64,000 nucleotides of DNA from Longimicrobiales bacterium (GTDB taxonomy: Bacteria > Gemmatimonadota > Gemmatimonadetes > Longimicrobiales > Gaopeijiaceae), in NCBI GenBank assembly GCA_965218295.1, contig CBDCKN010000010.1, forward strand, positions 18,304 to 82,303, given 5' to 3'. Below are positions 12,877-22,296 of this stretch, piece by piece (position 1 is the stretch's first letter; the number at the start of each line of letters is the position of its first letter). The notes beneath the pieces are model-generated. The model made no database searches. It was not told the DNA's origin and saw only the letters and a list, made by a program, of their open reading frames with translations. Both the position numbers and the translations under genes were made by a program.

Positions 12877-13545
12877 ATTGAGGAAGGGCTCGATCCTCTG
12901 GGCGAATGAGTTCCTGGCACGATGCAGCCGGCTCTTCACGGTTCCGAGGTTGACGCCGGTGATCTGGGCGATCTCCTCGTAGCTCTTTCCCTCGAGCTCA
13001 CGGAGCCTGAACACCAACCGGTGGTGCTCCGGCAACTCCTCGACTGTGTCCTCGACGAGGCGTCTCAGGAATCGCTTCCGGTAGAGGTCGTCGGGCTTCA
13101 TGCGGAAGTCCTCGAACTGAAGGGGCCGGTGGTCGTCGTCCCAATTGCCGGTGAGCCGCTGGAAGAGAATGAGAGGACTGCGCGATCGGTTGCGCAGCTC
13201 GTTCTTGGCGAGGTTACTGGCGATGGTGTAGACCCACGTAGAGAACTTCTTCGTCGTGTCGAACCGATGGAGGTGTCGGGTCACGCGAATGAAGGCCTCC
13301 TGAACGAGATCCTGGGCCCTGTCGCCGTCGCCGGTCTTGCGGGTGACGAAGTGGACGAGGCGATCGTGATAGCGCTCGTAAAGGTCTTCGAAGGCGCCGT
13401 TTCGGCCCTGGAGGTGAGCGGTGACCAGATCTTCGTCACTGAGTTGAGCGAGAGGTTCCTCCAAGACGTGCGGCGCTAACTGCTCGTCTATGTTCGACTT
13501 TACCATGTGGTGTTCCAGTGAGGTACGGCCGTCGGTGAGAGTCAT
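12874..13545 (-). CDS. ECF RNA polymerase sigma factor (RpoE/SigW-like)
   Basis: Region 2 AQDLVQEAF…FSTWVYTIASN; region 4 LRELEGKSYEEIA…GTVKSRLHRAR. Confidence 0.95.
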   Translation of the reverse strand: MTLTDGRTSLEHHMVKSNIDEQLAPHVLEEPLAQLSDEDLVTAHLQGRNGAFEDLYERYHDRLVHFVTRKTGDGDRAQDLVQEAFIRVTRHLHRFDTTKKFSTWVYTIASNLAKNELRNRSRSPLILFQRLTGNWDDDHRPLQFEDFRMKPDDLYRKRFLRRLVEDTVEELPEHHRLVFRLRELEGKSYEEIAQITGVNLGTVKSRLHRARNSFAQRIEPFLN

Positions 13546-13574
13546 CGGACTTCGACTATGGCATGGCGATTACC

Positions 13575-13629
13575 AATAATGATTCTCATTTTCAGTTTGA
13601 AATATGCTCCGTCCGATACTCACCTACAA
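13575..13629 (-). promoter_or_regulatory. Sigma70-like promoter with Fur box
   Basis: Minus strand TTGTAG-N17-CATATT, 7 nt, then GAAAATGAGAATCATTATT (16/19 to GATAATGATAATCATTATC). Confidence 0.7.
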
Positions 13630-13659
13630 GGCCCCCCTGCCGGCACGGGACGCGTGACC

Positions 13660-14778
13660 TCATACGGGCCGACGCTCCAGGGTAGCCAAGCGACCCCCCT
13701 GTGAGAAGCCTGTGTATAGCGCCTGCTCGGGCTTGGGGAGATCGTCCCGCGAGGTGAGAGCCGCCTCTGCGGCCCCATCAACGAGGGCAGCCGCCTCTTC
13801 CTCCATGAAGGTCAACTGCGCCTGAGAGATTCCTTTCTTCTTCAGGAACTCCTCGAAGAGCCCCACGGGATCCCGGTGTCCCCAGGTCTCGAACATCTCC
13901 GCCGGGAACGTGGCGCGGGCCTCGCCCTCGTCGTGGGTCACGTGTCCACCCATGCGGAAAGTCTCCGCCAGCACGACAGCCGGCCCGCGTCCTTCCCGGC
14001 ATCGGCGAACGGCTAGGGTCGTGGTCGCGAGTACGTCTAGGACGTTGTTTCCATCGGCGGCCCAGGAAGGGATGCCATACATGTCCGGCCAGTGTGCCAT
14101 GTCTCCGGCCCCATGCTGGTCGAGTCGTGTGCCGAGGGCGACTTGGTTGTTCTGTATCACGAAGACCGCGGGGAGATCCTGGACAGCGGCGAAGTTCATC
14201 CCTTCGTGGCAGGCGGCGGTACGGGTCGCCCCGTCGCCCACCCAAGTCATGGCGACACGATCCTCGCCCCGTAGCTTGAATGCCAGCGCCACACCCGCCA
14301 TGACCGCGACGCTCGTGCCCATGTGGCTGATGGGTTGTATGACCCCTACCGACGGATCGCCGGCATGGAGGTCCCGCCCGCCACTGGGCGAGTCGGCGGT
14401 AGCCAGATAGGCTCTGAAGAGATCGGCCATGGGCATGCCCATCATATGGCAGGCACCGGCATTCCGGATCATGGGGCAGACAAAGTCTCGCTCACAGTCG
14501 AGCGCCGCGACCGAGCCCACCGTGACGGCCTCTTCGCCAGTGCCCAGCCAGGCCTTCGTAAGCACACCCTGCCGTACCCACCGCTTGAGTCCGATGTCGT
14601 GCAAGCGGGTGAGCAATAGGTCGCGGTACAGGGCGCCCAGCCGTGCCCCGCCCAGGTCGGCGATGATCTCGGCCCGCTCCTCGTCCTCCAGGAACGCGCG
14701 CTCGTACGCATCGACGATCCCCGGATCCGGAGTCCATTCCAGGTATTCCGGCGGGTCGTATGTCGGGTGCCGCTTCAT
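13660..14778 (-). CDS. TPP-dependent 2-oxoacid dehydrogenase E1 alpha subunit
   Basis: GEEAV, TPP motif GDGA…NN, FRMGGH, DPV. Confidence 0.9.
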   Translation of the reverse strand: MKRHPTYDPPEYLEWTPDPGIVDAYERAFLEDEERAEIIADLGGARLGALYRDLLLTRLHDIGLKRWVRQGVLTKAWLGTGEEAVTVGSVAALDCERDFVCPMIRNAGACHMMGMPMADLFRAYLATADSPSGGRDLHAGDPSVGVIQPISHMGTSVAVMAGVALAFKLRGEDRVAMTWVGDGATRTAACHEGMNFAAVQDLPAVFVIQNNQVALGTRLDQHGAGDMAHWPDMYGIPSWAADGNNVLDVLATTTLAVRRCREGRGPAVVLAETFRMGGHVTHDEGEARATFPAEMFETWGHRDPVGLFEEFLKKKGISQAQLTFMEEEAAALVDGAAEAALTSRDDLPKPEQALYTGFSQGGRLATLERRPV

Positions 14779-15177
14779 TCGTGATGGTCCAGATCGGTGT
14801 GGTGCTTCGGCGAGCCGGTGTCAGACCCAAGCTATCCGGGGGACGGAACAATCGGAAACGACGAGGGGCGGATGTAGGAACGGTCGTCGCGGCTCGAAAC
14901 CAGCCCCCCCAGGGTGGCCGCACGATTCCCGTTACACTGCACCCGCCCCAACAAGACGGTGTCAAACCTGATCGTCGGTAGTCGTATCGCTATATACGAC
15001 CGGCGCAATGAGATGTCACTCTCATATCGGTACGGGTTCGAAATGTGTCTTGAGACGGGTGCGTTGCCGGTTGCGGGATGCTCAGCGAGATTAGCCGTAG
15101 CCATCGCCTCCCCAGGCCGCACCCGGTGAGGTTGAGACAGATCCCCTCGAGGACCGGCGATCACCGAAACCATCGCG

Positions 15178-15828
15178 ATGCGCCACAGCCAAACTCACGA
15201 GCCTGCCGCCAACGGACACCCACGGGTCTCTGCGGTGGTCGCCCTCACGTTTCTGGAGGTCATTCGGGCGCATGATCGACCCTCCGAGGTTTTCGAGGAG
15301 GAGGACACGTCCGTCACCATGCCCCGGCGGCTGGGGCTGAGCGATGTCGTGGAGCGCCAGATCCGCAGCTATCAAGACGAGACGAAGCGAGGGCGGAAGA
15401 TCTCCGACGAAGAGTTCGGGAATCTGGTGCGTCTCGTCATCAAGAGGCCCGACTCCGAGGACGTGTTCTTCGAGTGCGGCAGGCGGCTCGCGAACAAGCA
15501 GAACGATCGTCGGACTCGCTTCACGCCCCGCAGGCTGGCATTGGCCCTTGCCCGTCGGCGCGTACGCCGCCGGCTGAAGGCTTTGTTCGGAAGACGCTTG
15601 GGGGGGTTCGCCCGCGGTGGCTTCACCTTGGAGGGTCGTGCGCTCCTCTTCATGCAGAGTGACCCCGGTGGTGACGCATGCGGCCTCGTGTCGGGTCTCT
15701 GCTCTGCCGTTTTGAGCGCCACGATCCACGGCGCACCGGCAGTGGATCATCTGGCCTGTGAGGCCCGCGGGGACGCCTTTTGCCGGTGGGGGATTCCAGA
15801 AGGGGTGGAGCAGGTGCCTTATCGCTAA
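15178..15828 (+). CDS. Hypothetical protein with V4R-like C-terminus
   Basis: ACGLVSG…CEARGDAFCRW matches the V4R Cys pattern. Confidence 0.65.
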   Translation: MRHSQTHEPAANGHPRVSAVVALTFLEVIRAHDRPSEVFEEEDTSVTMPRRLGLSDVVERQIRSYQDETKRGRKISDEEFGNLVRLVIKRPDSEDVFFECGRRLANKQNDRRTRFTPRRLALALARRRVRRRLKALFGRRLGGFARGGFTLEGRALLFMQSDPGGDACGLVSGLCSAVLSATIHGAPAVDHLACEARGDAFCRWGIPEGVEQVPYR

Positions 15829-15896
15829 GAGACCTGGTCCGTAGTTCTCAAAACATCACGGGGCTCCCACGCGTTGCGAGCCCGAGTAGGAGGTAC

Positions 15897-16646
15897 ATGG
15901 ACGGGTTGTCGGCGGTATCGGTGATGGCCGCCCTGGTGGCGGCTTTGATGGGCTTCTTCGTAGGAAGGAGCTCGAGTCGTCCACAGCGGGGCACCTCTGG
16001 CGGGGCCAAGCCCGGTTCCGTCGCCTCAGGTGGGGGTGGCGGCCCGGACGAGGCCTTCAGCCTCGCCCTCTCCCGCATCGGGGGGTACCTACGCCAGAAC
16101 GTGGATGCTCCGCTGTCCGCGGCCTTCAAGGACCGAAGGCTCTCTCTCAGGAAGGCAGCGGAGCAGGCCGTCGCGGCGGTGGATGATCTCCACTTCTTCC
16201 TCGAAGATCCGACAGGGGAGATCGACGAGGACGACTTGTTGCGCATCGCGAAGGAGGCCGTCCACGACTACGAGGCGGATTGGGATCTGTCCGTGCGGGT
16301 GTCCGCCAAGGGGCCGGTTCCCGTCCAGGTGAATACCGAAGCACTCCTCGATGCGCTCTACCTCATTCTTCACAATGCGGCGGTGTTCGGTGAGGGAAAG
16401 GGAGTGGTCGTGACGGTGTCCAGCGACGGAGAGTGGGGCCGGGTGCTCGTTCAGGACGAAGGTCCCGGCTTCACGGCGGAAGCCCTGTCCAGGGCGTACG
16501 ATCCCTTCTACACGACGACCGAGGGGGGGTTGGGCTTGGGCCTCTCGCACGCACGGAGGGCCGTGGAGCAACAGGCCGGGCGAATCCACCTAAGGAACCG
16601 CACCGACGGAGGCGCGGAGGTAGAGATCGCCGTTCCGCTGGCCTGA
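15897..16646 (+). CDS. Membrane-anchored histidine-kinase-like ATPase (HATPase_c)
   Basis: N-terminal TM, ILHNA, QDEGPGF, DPFYTT, GLGLGL; no canonical H-box. Confidence 0.8.
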   Translation: MDGLSAVSVMAALVAALMGFFVGRSSSRPQRGTSGGAKPGSVASGGGGGPDEAFSLALSRIGGYLRQNVDAPLSAAFKDRRLSLRKAAEQAVAAVDDLHFFLEDPTGEIDEDDLLRIAKEAVHDYEADWDLSVRVSAKGPVPVQVNTEALLDALYLILHNAAVFGEGKGVVVTVSSDGEWGRVLVQDEGPGFTAEALSRAYDPFYTTTEGGLGLGLSHARRAVEQQAGRIHLRNRTDGGAEVEIAVPLA

Positions 16647-16672
16647 ACCCCCGGCCGTGACCGCTCTGCCTT

Positions 16673-17620
16673 CTAGCTCCTGGGTGCTACGGCCTCGCTT
16701 TCGGTGGCTACGTCCACGGTGCCGGAAGTGCCTGCCTGCGGAGCCCAGGTCATCACCACCAACGCCACGGTGAGGGTCAGGATGGTGGCGGCCAGCAGCG
16801 TATGGAGTGACACGGGCATGACGGCCAGCCGCATATACACCGAAAGGAACCCCAACGTCACCTGAAGGACCACGAGGGCTCCGGCCGTCAGAGCAAGCGT
16901 CCTGGCCACCGAGGGTTCCAGCTCCCTCATCGCCCGCACCGCGAGGACCGACAGGGACACCAACAGCAGGATGCCGACCACCCTGTGTCCGAAGTGGACA
17001 GCGACAGTGGCGGTCTCCAGGGGAGGCACCCACTGGCCGAGGCACAGGGGGACATCGGGACACACGAGTCCTGCGTCCATGTGCCGAACGGCTCCTCCGA
17101 GGACCGATTGGAGGAAGGTGAGGACCGCCCCCACCAGCGCGATCCGGCGAAGACCCACGAGGCCGCTCGCGGGCCCCTCCCCCGACGTCCACCGGGGCGA
17201 GGTGACCACGGTCAGGCCCGTGGCCAGAGCCAGGAAGAGGAAGGCCAGCGCCAAGTGGGTCGTCGAGATGGCGTCGGGGAGCTGCAGAAGGACCGTGAGC
17301 CCACCGAAGACACTCTGAACGATGAGCAGGCCGATTCCCACAAGGGCCCACCTCCTGATAGCTGGCCGGTGCGCCTCGGGCTTCCAGGACACGTAGGTCG
17401 CCGCGGAGAAGATCAGGACCAGGCCGCCGGCTACCAGGCGATGTAGGTGCTCCCAAAAGACGGCGCCTGTCATCTCGGGGACCATGGTGCCGAGGCATGT
17501 GGGCCAGTCCGGGCACGCAAGACTGGATTCCGTGGCGTGGACGACGCTCCCCAGAAAAAGGAGCCCCAGGGTCCAGACCGTGGTGACGTAGAAGCCTCTA
17601 TGATGCTGCGCGGTGTTCAT
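16673..17620 (-). CDS. ctaA: Heme A synthase (COX15/CtaA)
   Basis: SLACPDWPTC, EHLHRLVA, LVCPDVPLC, HFGHR. Confidence 0.88.
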   Translation of the reverse strand: MNTAQHHRGFYVTTVWTLGLLFLGSVVHATESSLACPDWPTCLGTMVPEMTGAVFWEHLHRLVAGGLVLIFSAATYVSWKPEAHRPAIRRWALVGIGLLIVQSVFGGLTVLLQLPDAISTTHLALAFLFLALATGLTVVTSPRWTSGEGPASGLVGLRRIALVGAVLTFLQSVLGGAVRHMDAGLVCPDVPLCLGQWVPPLETATVAVHFGHRVVGILLLVSLSVLAVRAMRELEPSVARTLALTAGALVVLQVTLGFLSVYMRLAVMPVSLHTLLAATILTLTVALVVMTWAPQAGTSGTVDVATESEAVAPRS

Positions 17621-17718
17621 ACCCGATCCTCGCCAATATCTTGCTCGGGGGATTAGCCCCAGAGAACCCAACAAATTACCCATCCGTTCATGGATCCAAT
17701 AGATAAGAGGACGCTTCC

Positions 17719-18099
17719 ATGCCGCCACGGGAGCGCCTGAGCCCGAAGAAGACCGTGGTGGGTGAGCGCGGCCTTACCCTCAGTGCCGGCCAGCGCCAGC
17801 GCGTAGCCATCGCTCGGGTCATCCTGGAGCGCCCCAAGGTCCTGATCCTGGATGAGGCGTCGAGCAGCCTCGACGCGGAGAGCGAAGCGCTGGTGCAGCA
17901 CGCTCTCGAGCACCTCATGGAGGGGCTCACGACCCTGGTCATCGCCCACCGCCTGTCGACGGTGATACGGGCGGACCGAATCCTGGTGCTGGACCGGGGC
18001 ACCATCGTGGACCAGGGCTCGCACCGGGAGCTCCTCGAGAGGAGTGACGTCTACGACCGCCTGTATCGGCGACAGTCCAGCGACGCCCTGGTGTTCTGA
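17719..18099 (+). pseudogene. C-terminal fragment of an MsbA-like ABC ATPase
   Basis: [37 protein letters not shown]; no Walker A and no TM domain. Confidence 0.8.
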
Positions 18100-18102
18100 G
18101 TC

Positions 18103-18268
18103 TAGTGTCCCGTTACCAAAGTGTCTCGGCCAGTCGAGGGCACGGTGCATCCGCGGGCTCGGCGTTGGGACTCCTTACCGTAGCTTGCGCTACGCCGCGT
18201 CGTCCCGCCTTGATCCCACGGCGCCCCGGCCCTCTTGGTGGCTCGCGAACTTCGGAAACGGAACACTA
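18103..18268. repeat. MITE-like repeat, copy D (full length, 162 bp plus TA flanks)
   Basis: ta|gtgtcccgttaccaaagt…acttcggaaacggaacac|ta; central hairpin gtagc-ttgc-gctac. Confidence 0.92.
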
Positions 18269-20227
18269 TCCCGTCGGTGCCGGCTCCGGTGAGTCCGCCG
18301 GTGCGGGTTGCACCGGGGGTGCCACGGGCGCCACAGGGGTGGTGGTGGCCGGTTCCTCGGATGGAATCCAGTCTTCCTTCACCAGCCCCTCTTCCACCCA
18401 GGCGAACATCCCTTCCATCGTCTGTTGTGCCACCTTGTACGTGGCGGCGTCGTTGTTCGAGAACAGGCGATCGAAGCGGTCCCTGATCCGGGCTCTGGCC
18501 TGACGGCAGAAGAGGTCCGCTAACGTGTACGGCGACCGGTCCGACGGACTCGCCCTCACGAGGCTCTGGGCCCGCACGACCGTGGAGACCATCACGAACA
18601 GCTCGGAGCCGATCTCGACGATCCTCCCGAGAACCGCCTGCTTTCGCTCGAGGCCAGGGCCGAAGCGAGCCATGGCGTAGAAGATCGATCTCGCCAGCCG
18701 TGCCGAGGTTCTGTGGGCGTACCTCAGGTGGCCTGCCAAGGGACCGAACTCCCGATACCGGGGCCACCGGCCCCAGGTGAGCCAGCGGCTGGGATACCAC
18801 CAGGCGTAGTGGACGCCCGCCCGGATCAAGGCGGCGAAGCGCTTCCCCATGGGTGCCTTGGGATTGATCAAGTCGCCGGCCACGCTCAGGTGGCTGTCTA
18901 CGGCCTCCCGGGCGATGAAGAGGTGCATGATCTCGCTGGATCCCTCGAAGATGAGGTTGATCCTGCTGTCCCGGAGCGCGCGCTCGATGGGGTAAGGATG
19001 TTCCCCACGTGCGCGAAGGGAGTCGGCCTGCTCATACCCCCGCCCGCCCCGGATCTGCACGGCGTCATCGATGACCTGATAGCTGGTCTCACTGTTCCAC
19101 ATCTTCGCAATGGCTGCCTCGATACGAATGTCGAAGCCTTTGGCGTCGGCCATGCGGGCGGTCAGGTCGACGACGGCGTCGAGGGCGAACGTATTGGCGG
19201 CCATGGTGCCGAGTTTCTGGGCGATGGCATCGTGCTTGCCCACGGCCGCTCCCCACTGGACGCGCTCGGCTGCCCACTGCCGGCACGACAGGAGCGCTCC
19301 CTTTGCTCCCACGGCGCAGAACGCCGGAATGGACAACCGTCCCGTATTCAGGGTGATGAGAGCCAGCTTGAGCCCTCGACCCTCTTCCCAAAGCAGGTTT
19401 TCCCTGGGGACTTTGACGTTGTTGAAGCGGATCACGCCGTTGGATAGGCCGTTGAGGCCCAGGAACGTGCAGACGTGTCCGACCTCGACGCCTTCCCACG
19501 CCGTCTCGACGATCAGTGCGCTGATAGGCTTTCGCCCCCGTACGCCCTCCCGCGCCGGGGTCCGTACCATGACAACGATGATGTCCGCCCGCGGTCCGTT
19601 GGTGCACCAGAGCTTCTCGCCATTCAGAATCCAGTGCTTGCCGTCCTCCGAGAGCTCCGCCGTGGTGGACAGGTTTGCCGGGTCTGAACCGACGTCCTGC
19701 TCCGTCAGCGCGAAGGCCGACAGCTCTCCCGCCGCGAGCCGTGGGAGGTATTTCCTCTTCTGCTCCTCGGTGCCGAAGTAGATCAGCGGCTGCGGGACGC
19801 CGATGGACTGATGCGCGGACAGGAACGCACCCGTCGAGCCGCACCGGCTGGCGACGATGCCGAGAGCCTTGTTGTAGTGATACTGCGAGAGCCCGAGACC
19901 ACCGTACTCCTGGGGGATCTTGATGCCGAAGGCGCCGAGCTCCGCCAGGCCATCCAGAACCTCCTGGGGAACCCATCGATCGCGGTCGATGGCATCGCCG
20001 TCGATGTGGGCGATCGTGAACTCTTCCAGCGCCTTCAGGAACGGCTTGGCTCTGGCCTCCAGCTCAGGACTCGGCTCGGGCGGCGGATATACCACATGAA
20101 GGTCTAGCCGGCCGTCGAACAGCCCCCGGGCGAAGCTCCGGTTCTTCCACTCCGTTTCTCGTGCGGCCTCGGCGACCTGCCGTGCTTCCTGTACGCTGGC
20201 CAGGGCCTTGTGGGGCTCCTGCGACAT
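18266..20227 (-). CDS. Acyl-CoA dehydrogenase (long ACAD9/VLCAD-like)
   Basis: AFALTEQDVGSD, LNGEKLWCTNG, LNTGRL, IFEGSSEI. Confidence 0.95.
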   Translation of the reverse strand: MSQEPHKALASVQEARQVAEAARETEWKNRSFARGLFDGRLDLHVVYPPPEPSPELEARAKPFLKALEEFTIAHIDGDAIDRDRWVPQEVLDGLAELGAFGIKIPQEYGGLGLSQYHYNKALGIVASRCGSTGAFLSAHQSIGVPQPLIYFGTEEQKRKYLPRLAAGELSAFALTEQDVGSDPANLSTTAELSEDGKHWILNGEKLWCTNGPRADIIVVMVRTPAREGVRGRKPISALIVETAWEGVEVGHVCTFLGLNGLSNGVIRFNNVKVPRENLLWEEGRGLKLALITLNTGRLSIPAFCAVGAKGALLSCRQWAAERVQWGAAVGKHDAIAQKLGTMAANTFALDAVVDLTARMADAKGFDIRIEAAIAKMWNSETSYQVIDDAVQIRGGRGYEQADSLRARGEHPYPIERALRDSRINLIFEGSSEIMHLFIAREAVDSHLSVAGDLINPKAPMGKRFAALIRAGVHYAWWYPSRWLTWGRWPRYREFGPLAGHLRYAHRTSARLARSIFYAMARFGPGLERKQAVLGRIVEIGSELFVMVSTVVRAQSLVRASPSDRSPYTLADLFCRQARARIRDRFDRLFSNNDAATYKVAQQTMEGMFAWVEEGLVKEDWIPSEEPATTTPVAPVAPPVQPAPADSPEPAPTG

Positions 20228-20348
20228 GACCGTTCTCTCCTGGTTGCGGGCTGGGGCGGGACTCCAGCTATGGTCCGCTGCACCCTAGAAATCTAACTCG
20301 TGCGGTCCGTCTACGTGTGCCCGCCGTTTCTCCGGGAGGGAGATCAAC

Positions 20349-20379
20349 AGGCTGGTTGAAGGAGTACAGTGGGTCGCGC
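20349..20379 (+). repeat. Short copy of a second repeat family
   Basis: aggctggttgaaggagtacagtgggtcgcgc matches the reverse complement of 32928-32957, with a 17-nt exact core. Confidence 0.6.
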
Positions 20380-20405
20380 ACAGGCCTCGAGCGGTCCCGT
20401 CGGAA

Positions 20406-21605
20406 TCAGTCGTCGGAGCCCTCCGCCACGATGAACTCCTCGATCTCGTCGGCCCTTGCCTCGGCGTCGGTCTCGCCGAGCTCGATGAGGCGGTGCGTGT
20501 AGTCCGGCTGGAAGAGGACGAGGCTGAGGAGGTCCGAACTGGCGGTCTGACGTGTGCCCAGCCCTCTCGTGAGGAAGCGGAAGGTCCTGGGAAGCTTGGG
20601 CTCGAACTCGCTCGCGAGGTGTCCCAGATCGACCGAGGGGCGCAGGATCAGGAGGCTGACCCGCCGCAGACCGTCCCTTCCACTCCGGGGCACCTGATCG
20701 ATGAGACGGTTCAGCCGCTCGAGCCGCAGCGCGTCCTGGTCGAGGAGATCGAGAAAGACCGAGTTGAGCAGGACACCCAGCACCTGGGCCGGGGGCGGGT
20801 AGCCGGTCACTTCGGGAACCCGAGCCTCGGCTGGTGAGCGCTCGTAGCGGGTGGAGATGGCCAGGATCTTCTCGGCTCCGAGATGGAGCGCCGGGGACAG
20901 CGGTGCGGCGAGACGCACCCCCCCGTCACCATAGTACTCGTCGCCCATGCAGATGGCCGGGAAAAAGAGCGGGAGGGCAGCCGACGCCATCACGTGATCG
21001 ACGGTGAGCACTGTCTTCCGCGAGCTCCTCTGCGGCCGCGTCCAATCCTGGAGATCGCACCCCTGAATCCAGGTTACCGACTGGCCCGTGGTGTAGCTCG
21101 AGGTGCTGAGCGCCACCGCTTTGAGCCGGCCCACTGCAATGTTGTACTGGATCCCGGTGAGCTCGCCGTTCACGGCGTGCATCACCTCGGACAGGTAGCC
21201 CCGCAAAGGCGACGTGTCGACCAGGCCCTTGACCCGCACCGCGCCACCGACACCCCCGGACAACAGCTGAAACGCCCAGCGAAGACCCGTCCAACCCAGT
21301 GATGGCGTGTCGACCCGGAAGACGTCTTCGACCGTGAGCCGCTCCCAGAGCGAGACCATCTCCTCCACGGCCTGGTGGAAGGAGCCGTGGTGCGAGGCGA
21401 GAAGGGCGGCGTTGATCCCTCCCGCGGAAACGCCGGTGACGATGGGAACCCGCAGGTTGGGGAACCGTCGGGCCAGGCACCGGAGGAATCCCACCTGATA
21501 GGCGGCTCGTGCCCCGCCGCCGCCCATTACCAGACCCAGATCGGGGCTGCCTTGGGTCAGAGAGGGAGACGGGGCGTCCGGGGAGTGCTCTGGTGTCGAC
21601 GTCAT
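20406..21605 (-). CDS. Patatin-like phospholipase
   Basis: GGGARAAYQVG, GVSAG nucleophile, DGG. Confidence 0.93.
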   Translation of the reverse strand: MTSTPEHSPDAPSPSLTQGSPDLGLVMGGGGARAAYQVGFLRCLARRFPNLRVPIVTGVSAGGINAALLASHHGSFHQAVEEMVSLWERLTVEDVFRVDTPSLGWTGLRWAFQLLSGGVGGAVRVKGLVDTSPLRGYLSEVMHAVNGELTGIQYNIAVGRLKAVALSTSSYTTGQSVTWIQGCDLQDWTRPQRSSRKTVLTVDHVMASAALPLFFPAICMGDEYYGDGGVRLAAPLSPALHLGAEKILAISTRYERSPAEARVPEVTGYPPPAQVLGVLLNSVFLDLLDQDALRLERLNRLIDQVPRSGRDGLRRVSLLILRPSVDLGHLASEFEPKLPRTFRFLTRGLGTRQTASSDLLSLVLFQPDYTHRLIELGETDAEARADEIEEFIVAEGSDD

Positions 21606-21831
21606 CTTCGGCTTTTTCGGACCGCCCATCTCAGAAGGGACAGTTCTATTCTCTCTACGCATTATAGGAGCGTCAACTCCTGCCACGGGCCATTTGCTGG
21701 CGCCCAATCAGGTCCCCACCTCACAGGTTCACTCGAGCACGGAGGCCGGCGATCCGGGGCGGGTCGCCGCCGGCCCTGCGAGCCGCGCCCGGATCCTTTC
21801 ACACGGGTGCCGGTCTGTGCCCAGGCCAGGC

Positions 21832-22224
21832 CTATCCCACGATGGGCCGCCCGATCGCCATGACCCCCAGCACGATCATGGCAAGGGCCGCCAGGGCCCA
21901 GACACCGTGAGGAAGGTAGGTCTTCTCCTCCTCCGGCCGCCGGCGCATGACCGAGACCGGAATCTGACCGGCCGCCGCGGCAAAGAGCATCATGAAGATG
22001 TGGCCGGTCACGGCCGGTTGAAAACGTCCGGAGAAGATGAGCGCCAGGCCCAGGAGGATCTGGAGGTGCAGGAGCCCGGCAAAGCTGGAGGAGAGGATTC
22101 GCATCCCCTTGTCGTAAGCACGTCCCGAAACGGCTCCGTAGACGGAGTAGAGCACGGTCAGGACGCCTGCGAGGAGGATCAGGTAGCGGACTCCGGAGTG
22201 GAACTGTAGGAAAAAGTTGTTCAT
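21832..22224 (-). CDS. Four-TM hypothetical membrane protein
   Basis: FHSGVRYL, HLQILLG, His residues in TM segments. Confidence 0.7.
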   Translation of the reverse strand: MNNFFLQFHSGVRYLILLAGVLTVLYSVYGAVSGRAYDKGMRILSSSFAGLLHLQILLGLALIFSGRFQPAVTGHIFMMLFAAAAGQIPVSVMRRRPEEEKTYLPHGVWALAALAMIVLGVMAIGRPIVG

Positions 22225-22296
22225 TTTGGCCTTGGGCTGTATGTGGTTTCAGTCGGTCTTTAGAAGGCTAGTTCGGTCTCACGATCCACGGCCGGA

